DNA from: the human T2T-CHM13v2.0 reference genome, Homo sapiens
Length of the DNA stretch: 64,000 nucleotides
Assembly (NCBI RefSeq): GCF_009914755.1
Contig: NC_060928.1
Strand: one strand, 5' to 3'
Below the pieces are notes generated by a model. It saw nothing but the letters and a program-made list of their open reading frames with translations, made no database searches and was not told where the DNA came from. Below, piece by piece: positions 1 to 13,575 of this stretch. Each line of letters opens with the position of its first letter. The first letter of the stretch is position 1. Both the position numbers and the translations under genes were made by a program.

Positions 1-206
<206 letters not shown>

Positions 207-1756
207 TGACTCACTGCAATTGCCACTTTCAGGAACTATTGATATACTGATATGAGAATATTTTATTTAATAATCGTCATCATTTCTTCTCTTGAAAAGT
301 GCTTTTGCAAGCAGGTAAGAAGGAATACTAGGTGATCATTTGAACTCTGACAATTATTTATTTCTCTTTGCAAATGGAAATACAAGGAACGTCCTCCCAA
401 AGACTGACGTGGAAGCAATACTTATGTTTCCATTGCATCTTGTTTACATCCCTGTTTCAGTTAATTCCTGTATTTTATTTAGTTGTTTGCCAGTCAGTTG
501 TCCTCCCGACTGAAAACTCCTTGATCGAAGAGTTGTCTTTCCTTTTTGTAGCCCCAGGTTTCTAGCACAGGTGAAAGAATAAATAAATAAAAGATCACTG
601 GGATTTACATGAGGGTTAGCCAAGTTCTGTCTTAAACACTGTAAGTCCAACAAAAACAGGTTGGAAAGTTTCTTATTTGGGAGTAAGCTAGCTCCCTTAA
701 TTGCAAGAAGCTCTGAATCAAAATATATCCACCACTCCCTTTTGTATCTCCATTATCTACATGTAATATAAATGCATCAAACCATTATATTAACTACTAT
801 ATCTTAGCTGCCTTTCAAATAAATGGAAAGGTTAAAAAACACTGCTGTAAAATAGGTTATCTTGCTAATAGTGCATACCCAATGCAAACCCATTAAAAGT
901 CTCACACAGTGTTGAAGTAGCTCCCTTTTTTGGTAAAGTTAGACTAAATAGCTTATACTGTGTAATTGTGATAATGGAATATTCCTACTAATAATTACTC
1001 AGAGACTCAGATACATTCTTGATGAAAAATTATCAAACAAGTTGCTTTATTTTTAACTTAGGACTTCAGAGGGCTTATTATTTCGAAATCAAATCTATTA
1101 AACATCATGAGTATATTATTTCTCATTAAGATTCCTTTTGAATTCATTTCACATGTTAAAGACAGGGTATCAGTGAATAATTTATAAGTAAAAATTATTT
1201 TATAATATTTATCTTAGAAATTAAAGTGAATAGAACATGAGAAAAAATGAAAAAAAAGGACAAGAAACGAATGGAGTAAGACTAGGCAGGGGAATTTCAC
1301 AAGGTTAATTGCAGCACTTCTAGAGCACTCTTAGCTTACCATCAAATAATTTTACTAGCTATTTTATTTAGCATTAGTTGTCAATTTAACTCATTTCATA
1401 GGTCAACTATTATTGTGATTAAGAACTAATTTTTAAAAACCAAGACAATTATGTCCAAGTTTTCTTCATTTAATCAATATGGGACTATATTAAATGAGGC
1501 TATAAAAAGATGTTACTGGTGATCCATAAACCATTAGAAAAAAATAATGGTTTTTATTATTATTATTTTATTATTATTACACAATTGCATGTGTATAACA
1601 TTTTGCCTAGTAATCAACTTTTTGTTTATGGCAGCTCTGTGCAAAATTCCTTCTACCACTAAATAATGTAAAAGAAGACAGTGGTTTTTGAACATTTTTG
1701 TTTGTTGGCCCCAAGTAGGGTTCCTTTGAAACAAAATTCCCCAATAAATCCACCTG

Positions 1757-1874
1757 AGTGTGGTGGTATGTGCCTGTAGTCCCAGCTGCTTGGGGACTGA
1801 GGCAGGAGGATTGCTTGAGCCCAGGAGTCAGCCTAGGCAACACAGCAAGACCCTGTCTCTTAAAAAAAAAAAAA
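1757..1874 (+). mobile_element. Alu monomer (FLAM-like)
   Basis: gcctgtagtcccagc...gaggcaggaggattgcttgagcccaggag...gaccctgtctc followed by an A tail. Confidence 0.85.
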
Positions 1875-2407
1875 ACAACCCATCAACCCAGAAAGAGTTT
1901 GGAGTATTATCTATGCTGTTCTTGGACCAGGAGAAGAGAAACAGCCATTTTAAGTTTGGGAAGGCAGTAAAGGTAGTATTGGGAGCTGATATAACCAGTT
2001 TTGAAAGCAAGAGAACAAACATCATTATAAATGATGGTTGACTATTGACAAGATGAAGAAGAACTGACACATTACTATTAGGCCAAGGAAGTTTGGCTAA
2101 GATGGATTTTATAAGAGCTCTTTCTTCTACCTACCAATAGAAGGGGCTCCCATCTGTCCCCCACTAAGAATTTCTCTGTGCTTCATCTATCTTCTTTCTG
2201 CTCACCACTGCCCCAGAAGGCCATGCTTCTCACTTTGAGAAACAAAAACTAAAAGAACTACATGTCTGCCCCAAAATGAAAACCTTTAACATGCTCCTGT
2301 AGTCACCAGTTCTCATAAAATACTAACCAATAGTTAATTAAGTCATTTTTGGGATGATTACCTGGTTTTTATTAGATCCAACCTGATTTTTAAGAGGTGC
2401 TAGGTGT

Positions 2408-2450
2408 AGATCGATAGCTAGCTAGCTAGCTAGATAGATATATAGATAGA
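2408..2450. repeat. (TAGC)n/(TAGA)n microsatellite
   Basis: gatagctagctagctagctagatagatatatagataga. Confidence 0.85.
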
Positions 2451-3286
2451 ACCTACTCCGGATAACTATTAAATGAGCTTACTCTCAGCCCACAATATCT
2501 TAAAAATAGATTATCTTTATTCTAACTATTCTCTTTATAACACATTTTCACCCAGTGGAATCAAGCACTGAAAATATGTGCTATGATTGCTTCATCTAAG
2601 TAACATAATGCCAGAAAACCAAATTGTAGTCATAGTGTTTATTTAGCAAAAATATTTTTAACTCGCTACTTAGCATCATGTAAATGCAACATCAAATAAT
2701 CACTGAAATATGTCATCAAATATAATTAGCAAAAATATTTTTATCTGGCTATTTAGCATTACATATATGCAACAATAAATATTCATTGCAGCAAATAATC
2801 AAATATGAGTTTTTCTCTGATTTTAATCAAATTCATATAAAGACTATTTAATGATAGAATACAGCCTTTTCTTTTCACCTTTTCTTCTTATTAAATGCTA
2901 GGGAGCACAATTACCATTTGAACCTCACATTAATAAATTTTCAAGTCCTTTGCTAACATCAAAATAGTTTAAATTTATACCTATTTATTTTCCTAATCTA
3001 GGTTTCAGCAATTATATCACAATTTTCTGAAACGTTCACAAAGTTAATTTTGTTCCATTTTTCTCCAGTTACAAATACATACACATACATCTGTTTAAAT
3101 TTCCACTCACCTTATTTTGATTGTATTTTCAAAATATATAAACGCTTTTTCTTGTCAAAAGGTGACGGTAAGTTATCTGTGTGAAATAGTTGTAGTAAAG
3201 GGAATTCTAGCATTTTTAACACAATAAATATCACTTTCTTCATTAAAGAATTCCAAAATGTAAAAAGCATACTTAAAGCTGCTTTG

Positions 3287-3595
<309 letters not shown>

Positions 3596-3907
3596 AACTG
3601 CTTTGAAGAAAGTGTTTCAAAGAGCAAAATCATGATGCAATTATTGTAATCTCAATGTCTGAAATCTAGACTACAGATTTTAAATATTTTCATTTTTAGG
3701 TATGCTATGATAATTAAGTACTATGAATTAGGTTACTGTACTATATAACAGTCAACTAAAATTGCAATCTTGTTTTATTAGTTTTTCAGATCTAGAACTT
3801 CAGCCTATGCAGCATGTGTCCAAAAAGAGGATCTTTTCTGTAACCACTAGCTGACACTAATTTTTTTAAATTAAGAAAGGAAAGCTAGATTACAATTATA
3901 TACTCAC

Positions 3908-3995
3908 CTTTCGGTGTCTTGAAATATTCCGGCAAAATTAAAATGAATGTGATCACTATTGCCACAAATAATTTAAGGAGGGCTGTTTTTGTCAT
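3908..3995 (-). CDS. TMEM156: TMEM156 first coding exon (signal-peptide-like N-terminus)
   Basis: Reverse complement reads ATG ACA AAA ACA GCC CTC CTT AAA TTA TTT GTG GCA ATA GTG ATC ACA TTC ATT TTA ATT TTG CCG GAA TAT TTC AAG ACA CCG AAA G|gtgagta = MTKTALLKLFVAIVITFILILPEYFKTPK, which matches the TMEM156 N-terminus as I recall it. 88 nt, phase 1, consensus donor. TMEM156 is the known neighbour of KLHL5. Confidence 0.95.
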
Positions 3996-4039
3996 GTCTC
4001 TTCACATGACACAAATGTGTTCCCTTGCAGTACATTCAT

Positions 4040-4185
4040 GGTATGTTGCTTCCTGCTTTAAGTTTATCTCTGCAGCACTTTAGGTTAATGCAGTTCACCT
4101 CATACTCACTTCCTTTTGAGTAAGACTTAAAAAAAAAAAAAGGTCTTGAACTGAGACTTCACTTTTGAGTCACTTCCCATTAAAA
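4040..4185 (-). promoter_or_regulatory. TMEM156: TMEM156 proximal promoter / 5' leader with ETS and AP-1 motifs
   Basis: Non-CpG region just upstream of the ATG. Minus-strand AAAAGGAAGTGAG (PU.1-like, about 4105-4117), GGGAAGTG (about 4171-4178), and TGAGTCA at 4166-4172. TSS not determinable from sequence. Confidence 0.55.
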
Positions 4186-4342
4186 AAAAAAAAAAACTAC
4201 CCCCCAAATAAGCACTTTCAGACCATTTATTTGTCTTTCTAAGCAAGAAAGGTAAATAAATGATCTCAAGAAGCAAGGGGATCTTCTCCCCACCCAATTT
4301 ATAAATATAAACCCACAGTATACTCACAAAAATAAAACGGTG

Positions 4343-4637
4343 GGCTGGGCGAAGTGGCTCACATCTGTAATCCCAGCACTTTGGGAGGCCAAGGCAGAAG
4401 GATCACTTGAGTTCAGGAGTTTGAGTCCAGACTGGTCAATAGAGCAAGCCCTCCTCTCTACAAAAATAATTTTAATATAGCTAGGTGTGGTGGTGCACTC
4501 CTGTAGTCCCAGCTACTCAGGAAGCTGAGGATCACTTGAACCCAGAAATTTGAGACTGCAGTGAGCCATGACAGGCCACTGCACTCCAGCCTGGGTGACA
4601 GAGTGAGATCCCTTCTCAAGAGAGAAAGAAATAAAAG
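4343..4637 (+). mobile_element. AluJ-like
   Basis: Diverged dimer with ggatcacttgag and cactccagcctgggtgacagag. Confidence 0.9.
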
Positions 4638-4779
4638 GGTGAATGTCAGTCATGTCTAGGTTGCATGCACATGACTCATTCATTTACTTATTAAATGATT
4701 GTCGATCCTGTTTGGTGCCAGGTGCTGTGCTGAATTCTGGTGTTCAGAAAATAGTACATCTAGAAGATAGAAACATTTT

Positions 4780-5050
4780 AACCATTGCCAATTTAAAAGG
4801 AAAAAAAAGTATTGTTTAATTTGCATTTGTTTGGTTGACAGTAATTCTAAACATTTTTAATATTTGCTGGCAATTTGAATTTCTTTTGTTAATTGCATGT
4901 TCATGTCTTTTATTGCAGCATTTATATCCTTCCTGTTGATCTATAAGACTTTTTTCTCTATTGGGAATATGAAATCTTTGCATATGTTTTGCAAACATTT
5001 TTCCCAGGTTGTCATTTGCCTTTTCATTTTGTATATGGTGGGAGTTTTTC
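4780..5050 (-). mobile_element. Old L1 ORF2 3' fragment
   Basis: tttaatttgcattt...tttgcaaacattttttccc...tttgccttttcatttt is typical of antisense L1M sequence. Confidence 0.7.
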
Positions 5051-5148
5051 CACCCAACTATTTTGTAACAGAGTATAAAACACGTACCTAAAAGTTTTAT
5101 GCAGAGAAACACAGTTCTTCATTGTATTTCTAATATTACACGAAATAA

Positions 5149-5481
<333 letters not shown>

Positions 5482-6239
5482 CTCATTTATTCTTAAATAC
5501 AAAGTTTACTTGCAGCCTGATTTTGGCTTCCTGAAATGCACCAAAACTCGGTCATCTCCCTTGAAGTGGCAACATCTGACTCTCTAACATCCTGTTAGGG
5601 TTGATGATAATACTAATGGCCCACATCTCCATAGTTTTGTTTTACAATTTCCAAAGCACTTTTACAAATATTAGATTATTTTTTTAAAACACAAATATTA
5701 GATTATAAAGGGGATTCTAGGAACTGCTAGAAATGGCTACAAATCTGCAATTACTTACCCACTGCAAGCTTCTCCTTCCTATTTCAATGAAGGAATAAGA
5801 GATTAACGAATCTCAAACACAAGAGGTTGTTGCTACTACGCTAGTGTTTAACTTTCCTAAGTCTTATATTTCATATCTGAGATCCAGGTTCTCAAAAATA
5901 CTTTAATGTGTTTCTATTTCTAATCAAGACCAAACGTCTTAATTAAATAATTATGCATTCTGTGTTAGATACAAATGTTTAAAATTGAGAGGATCTTTTA
6001 TATCAAGGAGGTGCTCTACCCTAGGAAAGCAAAAGCAATATACTTTTTAGAAAATTATAAATAGCAGCCTTAAAAAGGATAGTTTAAATTTAACTTCTAC
6101 ATATTTATTAATATACGAAATATACGCTTTTATATACTTTATATGAGTAATTTTTTTTCCTAGTTGAAACTGTCCTCTATCCCTTCACTATATTCTGTGG
6201 AAAGGTCTTTATTGGATCAACAGCAGCAGCAACAATCGA

Positions 6240-6450
6240 TGGCATTTACTGAACATTTACTATGTGCTACTGCAGTGTTGAATGTTTTGTATGAATTATT
6301 TTATCCAATTCCCCAGCAACTCTCTCAGGGAGTTGCTGTTATTCCAATTGGATAGACAAAGAATATGGGGTATAGCGAAGTCAAGTAAGGGCTCAAAAGT
6401 CACATAGTTAATAAAGGGTGAAGCTAGGTGTCAAACCTAGCTCTCAACCC
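6240..6450. mobile_element. MIR
   Basis: atttactgaacatttactatgtgc...gaagtcaagtaa...aagtcacatagttaataa resembles the MIR core. Confidence 0.7.
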
Positions 6451-6575
6451 AACACTCCATTATACCTCCACTGTCAGACTGTGTGGGAACATTTGTCAAG
6501 AAGGGCCACTTATAAAATAATAATCATAGCAAACACCAATACAGTTTTTACTATGTGCCTGATGCTGCACTAACC

Positions 6576-7104
6576 CAGGGTTTCTCACTGGTGGCACTAT
6601 TGATATTTTGGGACAGGTCATTCTGTGTTGTGCGGGATATCCTGTACATTGTAGGATGTTCAACAGCTGGTTCCAGTAGCAGCCCTCTCCACCCCAGTTT
6701 TTATTTTTTTAATTAAAAAGAACAAAATTAAAAGACAGGGTCTCTATCACTTATGCTGGAGTGCACTGGCATGATCACGGCTCACTGTAGCCTCGAACTC
6801 CCAGGCCCAAGCAATCCTCCCACCTCAGCCTCCTGAATAGTTGGGACGATAAGCATGTGCCACCGGGCTTGGCTAATTTTAAATTTTTGTAGAGATGGGG
6901 CCTCACTATATTACCCAGGCTGGTCTCAAACCCCTGGCCTCAAGCAATCATCCCACCTCAACCTCCCAAAGCGCTGAGATTATAGGCATGAACACCACAC
7001 CTGGCCTCCCCGCCCCAGTTTTGACAAACAAAAGAAAAAAAATGTTTCCAGATATTGTCAGATGTCCCTGGGGTGACAAAACAGCTCCCAGGTGAGAACC
7101 ACTG
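6576..7104. mobile_element. MER20 (hAT) interrupted by Alu
   Basis: cagggtttctca...ggcactattgatattttgg...cattgtaggatgtt [Alu] aatgtttccagatattgtcagatgtccctgggg...tgagaaccactg. Confidence 0.85.
6697..7005 (-). mobile_element. AluJ inside MER20
   Basis: Antisense dimer flanked by ccccagtt duplications. Confidence 0.92.
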
Positions 7105-7139
7105 CATGAAACGCTTCACTTATATTAGATCATTTAAAA

Positions 7140-7262
7140 AAATTTTTTTTATTTCCATAGATTTTTGGGGAACAGGTTATATGAGTAAGTTCTTTAGTGG
7201 TGATTTGTGAAATTTTGGTGCACCCATCATCTGAGCAGTAAACACTGAACCTAATTTGTAAC
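7140..7262 (-). mobile_element. L1PB-like 3' end fragment
   Basis: taagttctttagtggtgattt...ttttggtgcacccatc, the reverse complement of the L1 3' end seen at about 50400-50520. Confidence 0.8.
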
Positions 7263-7346
7263 ATTTAATTGTTGTAACCACCTTATGAAATAGTTACTAT
7301 CATTATTTCCATGTTAGTCACTTCAGGCCAGTTCTATTCTAGGTAA

Positions 7347-7743
<397 letters not shown>

Positions 7744-8199
7744 CCTAATTACCCCTAATTGTGTTACTGGCAGATAATCATCTACTTTGGCAACACAGCA
7801 ATTCTTAGATTAACACATTTTTGTGGGGAAAAATAATCTCTTTTTAACAAGGTCTACCTGAGTATGGAGAGGGTCCCCGGAAATTCCAGTATCCTCATTC
7901 ATTTTGTGGTCCATTCAAAAAATATTTACCCAACACTAACAAGACACTAGGCAGCGTCCTGAACGCTGGAGATCTAGCAGCAAGCACGCAAGGTTCTCAC
8001 GCTCACATTCTAGTGAGAGCGTACATTCCAATGAGAGAGAGTAATTAAGTAAATAATAATTTATTTTCAGTTATTGTGGGTGTCCTGAAAAAAAAATCGG
8101 GCAAAGTATGAGGGTGAGATGTGCCAGCAGAAAGTTGGGCAGGGCACATGTTGGTTTAAATAAGGACGTTAATGAAGGCCTTGTCATTAATACAACACT

Positions 8200-8430
8200 T
8201 GGGAAAAGGCAAAACCACAGAGACAGAAAATAGATCAGTGGTTGCCAGAGGCTGGAGACAGAGGGAGGGGTTAATGACAAAGGGACATAAGGGAATTTTT
8301 AGGGTGATGGAAATGTTCTATATCTTGATTATGGTGGTGATTATACAACTGTGTGTTAGTCAAAATTCTAGACCTGTACCCTGAAAAAGATGTACATCAT
8401 TTACTGTATATAAATTATAATTTAATAAAC
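8200..8430 (+). mobile_element. L1M 3' UTR fragment
   Basis: agatcagtggttgccag...gggtgatggaaatgttctatatcttgat...ggtggt...aataaa. Confidence 0.8.
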
Positions 8431-8785
8431 ATAATTCTGTCTCTCTCCACTCACACAGCCTGTTTGCTATTTTAGAAACAGATAATTAAGAAAGGGGCTG
8501 TGGTGTCTCTGAGGCTGGCGGCTCTCCCCTGGGCTGGAGCTTGAACTTAATAGAGCAGAAATCTAGAGAGAACCTCTGAGCAGGCCAACAGGAGACAGCA
8601 GTGGTACCTTCAGTGGCTGTGGCAAGGTTGCGGCAAAGAACTCCATGACATGAGTGCACACAGGAGGTCACCCCTTCAACAGCCAGGTTGAGTCAGCCCC
8701 TCAGAGAACCGGAAAAGGTGCTCAGCACTGTTCAGACCCCAGGCTGTGGGTCCCTGAGCTGCCTTATCTTTGTTCACTCAGTGCA

Positions 8786-9088
8786 TTTCTTTTTTATCAT
8801 TATTATTTTGTTTTTTTTGAGATGGAGTTTCGCTCTTGTTGCAGTGAGCGTGATCTCAGCTCCCTGCAACCTCCGCCTTCCAGGTTCAGGTGATTCTCCT
8901 GCCTCAGCCTCCGGAGTAGCTGGGATTACAGGCGTGCGCCACCACGCCTGGCTAATTTTTGTATTTTTAGTAGAGACGGGGTTTCATCATGTGGGCCAGG
9001 CTGGTCTTAAACTCCTGACCTCAGGTGATCCACCTGCCTCGGCCTCCCAAAGTGCTGGGATTACAGGCATGAGCCACTGCGCCTGGCC
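8786..9088 (-). mobile_element. AluS with small deletion
   Basis: Antisense dimer; TSD cactcagtgcatttct. Confidence 0.95.
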
Positions 9089-10327
9089 CACTCAGTGCAT
9101 TTCTCCTGTAAGTGGGGAAATATGGTTTGACCTGCCACCACCGGGTTTAGAATCCTCAGTGGGCAGAGTTTGCCCCAGGCCCTCACACTCAGGCCTCCTG
9201 AGACGTGGCTGGTCTTCTCATGCGCAGCCCACACAGGGCTGCTTGGCCCATTGTGTCCTGACCCCAATCACCTGTGGCTGGAAAGGCAGTTTGTTTTCAC
9301 TAACAAAACCCCCTGCACTGAGATTGCAGCTTAGACAGGAAAGAACCTGTTGGAGCCTCTTTCCTCAAAAGAACTATGAGTCAGGCTTGTCTGCCCAGCT
9401 GTATACTCACAGAGTTGCGGGGACAAGGAGGGAAAACCACCCTGGAATGGATTCTGGAACCACTGTGGTATATTTCAGCCTCTGGAAACAAAGTCTGGCA
9501 ACCGAACCACAGAATTCATTATATTGTTAATTACATGCATAAACAGGCAGGAAAGCATAACCAAAACATTCTTCATGATGGTAAATATAACAACCATTGA
9601 ATATGTACGAGATAAAGTAAAATAAATTGCTCAGAGTCTGAAAGTATCAGGCCTAATAGATCCAGTCTCAGATAAAAAGAACTGGCTGCAACAAGAGAGC
9701 CCGTCCGACTCTAAGTAATACCATTTCTTGGTTTTCTTGGGGATAGAGCAGAGGAGAATGAAATGCTTGGTTTTGCTTTTTTTTTGTCTGTTTGTTTTTT
9801 TCTTCCTTCTTTGTATTGCTTAGCCCGTTGACTCTGAATGTCTTCAAATGTGTACAGAGAGTGCCACCCTCTATTCACTCACTGTTTGTGTATTTCAGGT
9901 CAGCTGCTTGTTACTTAGCTAGAATCTTGCCCCAAGAATTCTGTGCTAAGTATAGTCACTGAATATAGAATGCAGGTGTGAATACAGGAATATGTGCTTT
10001 TACAAAGATGAACAAGATGGAGCTAGAAGAAGCTTAATAGTTGATAAGAACTTTGCAGTTTACATATCTGATTCATCTTTATTCATTCTCTCCCTCATAA
10101 CAAGTAGCAGTGTTTTCTATGCTGTAGCCCTCTTTATAATATTTGGTAAATATTTTGTGATTTCTGTACACAAACTGTCAGCACAGTAACAAACCTAAAT
10201 GCTTAAACTTGTATAGCGGTTATGAACTTATTCTCTCACAACATGAAAACAGAAGTCAGATTGAGTAGTTCCATTCTGTTAGTGAATCAGGAAGTAATAT
10301 ATCAAATACAAAGATTCATCCTGGAAC

Positions 10328-10648
10328 TTTTTTTTTTTTTTTTAGACGGAGTCTCCCTGTGTCGCCCAGGCTGGAGTGCAGTGGCACGATCTCGGCTCAC
10401 TGCAAGCTCCTCCTCCTGGGTTCACACCATTCTCCTCCCTCCACACCATTCTCCTGCCTCAGCCTCCCGAGCAGCTGGGACTACAGGCACCCGCCACCAT
10501 GCCTGGCTAATTTTTTTTTTTTGTATTTTTAGTACAGAAGGGGTTTCACTGTGTTAGTCAGGATGGTCTCGATCTCCTGACCTCATGATCCACCCACCTT
10601 GGCCTCCCAAAGTGCTGGGATTACAGGCATGAGCCACCGCGCCCGGCC
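10328..10648 (-). mobile_element. AluY-like
   Basis: gcaagctcc and ttcacaccattctc diagnostic motifs; internal duplication of cacaccattctcct; TSD catcctggaac. Confidence 0.93.
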
Positions 10649-11003
10649 CATCCTGGAACATTTTTAACTCATGAGACATCAACATCAATTAGTAGTCTTG
10701 CAACTGTTATTTTCAAAATGTAAAATAATTATATAGAGATGCTGAAATAATTTTTTAATACATGAAAGTATGAAATAATTTTTTCAATGCATGGAAATAA
10801 ATACAAGAACTTTGTGTTCATAACCTTGTCCTTGTAAGTTTCTGAAATCCTAAGTTAATGACCTTCTAAAGTTTAATGAAACTCGTAGTAAAACACTATA
10901 GAGGAAAGGTCCTGTCTGTATATGTTATAACACTCAGTGGAAAAATGGCCATACTCAAGTAAGTTTTTGTTTGTAAAGGCTTCATATGCAGGGGGAGGGT
11001 GGA

Positions 11004-11510
11004 TTTCATTCATTCATTCATTCATTCACTCATTCATTCAGAAATATTTCTGAGTGCCTGCCATCAAAGACCTCTCAGCTAGTCAAGGAGATAGACAACT
11101 AAGCCAATATTCACAGCCCATTGAGTAACTGCTACAATGAAAGGGGCATCCAGTGTACTTTGGGGGTACGAAGAAGGAACTCGTTCAGCTTGGAAAGTTC
11201 AGGATAAAGATCACCAGAGGAGGTGACCCTGGAGCTGAGTCTTGAGGGCTAGCAGATATTGGAAAGCAGGGTATTTCAGAAGGAGGAAACTTATTTAAAA
11301 GCACAGCTGTGGGATAAATGATATGTTCTCGATGCTGCAAATAGTTCAGAATGGACATAGGGCTAAATAGGTAGATAGGGGTTAGATTACAAAGGACCTT
11401 ACAACAATGCTAAGGTGTTTGAACTTTACTTTTAAAGCAATAGTCACTAAAGCATGTTAAACACGGTCCTGAGGGATGAACAGAATTAAATTTGTATTTG
11501 AGAAAGGTTA
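11004..11510. mobile_element. L2 fragment with (TTCA)n end
   Basis: (ttca)n followed by aaatatttctgagtgcc...gaggaggtgac...gagctgagtcttga...ctaaggtgtttgaacttta. Confidence 0.75.
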
Positions 11511-11932
11511 AGGAGACTGACAGGAAGTACGGAAAGTCTTTTTGCAAAGACCTTTTTATTCAGTCAGTAACTATGGCCTGGTTACAGGAGACCTACTTGT
11601 AAATGGGTGAATGGAAATACTTGCATGAGAGAATGCACATTCCTTCCCCATGTCCCCAACGCTGTGTTGGGCAGTTCTTTCGGGAATGCTCTGGGGACTG
11701 CAAGGAGTGGCCTGACAGTGGGCCGGTGATGACCTTCCCAACACGTGTAAAGAGTGAGTCTCACCTGAAGAAGCAGCTCATATATTAGGACAGTCACCAT
11801 AGTCCCGCAGTTTGACCCGGACTATGCCATATCCCTCTAACCAGAAGAATGGGGACAGAGGACAAGTGGGGCTTTTAGTCTTGGCTGTGACTGGGACAGG
11901 CTTGTGGCGGCCATGTGAAAGACAGAAAAGTG

Positions 11933-12184
11933 GGCCAGGCATGATGGCCCATGCCTGTAATCTCAACACTTCGGGAGGCTGAGGAGGATCACTTGAGCCT
12001 GGGAGTTTGAGACCAGCCTAGGCAGCATAGTAAGACTCCATCTCTACAAAATAAATAAATAAAATTAGCCGGCATGGTGGCTTGTAGTCCCAGCTACTCG
12101 GGAGGCTGAGGTGGGAGGATCGTGCCACCGCACTCCAGCCTGGGTGACACAGCAGGACCCTGTCTAAAAAGAAAAAAAATAATA
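11933..12184 (+). mobile_element. AluJ-like with deletions
   Basis: Shortened dimer with A tail; TSD aagacagaaaa. Confidence 0.9.
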
Positions 12185-12460
12185 AGACAGAAAAATGACC
12201 TTACTGTGCAGAGAAAGAAAGAGAGCCTAGAGGGAAGGAAACTAGGCAGGTTGCCTGCAAATTTATATCTCCCCTTGGGGATGGAAGTTTGTTCCTGGAA
12301 GAATGTAAATGGAGAAGAGAAGCTGAGCAAATGAATAAAGTTATCGGTGTTGCTTATATTTTCCATAATATAGTAATAATTTCATTTTTATTCTCCTTTA
12401 GATTTTAGCAAAGTTCACTTAGAAATTCTAGATTGGTTTAGCTGTGGTGAAGAGAGCTGA

Positions 12461-12952
<492 letters not shown>

Positions 12953-13575
12953 TCATATTTATATAGCTCTCTATTTTAATGAGACTGATTCCACAGGAGG
13001 CTGTTCATGTCAGAACTTGGAGAGCAGAAATACTACTAAAAGAACTCCTAAGTCCTCTAAAAAAGATCACATTCCTGGGATCCAGATTTTGAACATATAT
13101 ACTGTATATAATCATAGTTTAATCTTTTAATCCTCCCCACCCACACACCCAGTAGGCAGAGTACAAAATGAAAAATCAAACCGTTTCTTTATTAAGCGCA
13201 TTTACATACTAGGGTTAAGTTCTCTTTACTATGTATTGGTATTACACTTTAACCAGACTAAAACATTGTTAACCTCATCATCATAATTATCAATTAAAAT
13301 TATTTAAGCATTCACAAAAGACATCCTACTGACATCATGTATCAAATTATCAGTAGAGTTGTCAAATTTTCTGATTATGGCTGTGTTTCCTCTCATGGAA
13401 AATTATTAAGACTTTCACAGCATGTATTGATCCATCATACCCCTCTGATTCTATGGATCCATTTATGGGCAAAGTTATAAGATCTCAGCGTAAATTCTTA
13501 GCTGTGAATGCTTCTTCAAATCCTGTTCCTTAGTATTGCCAGAATGAGAGATAAAATGCCTTTTCAAATTCTACG

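Noticed and set aside
6218-6235. Short CAA/CAG run encoding poly-Q in a 63-aa ORF
   Set aside because: Simple-repeat tail next to a MIR, with no exon signals.
8688-9530. 280-aa ORF
   Set aside because: Its core is an antisense Alu translation (LRWSFALVA...[10 protein letters not shown]), it starts at TTG, and it has no domain or splice support.
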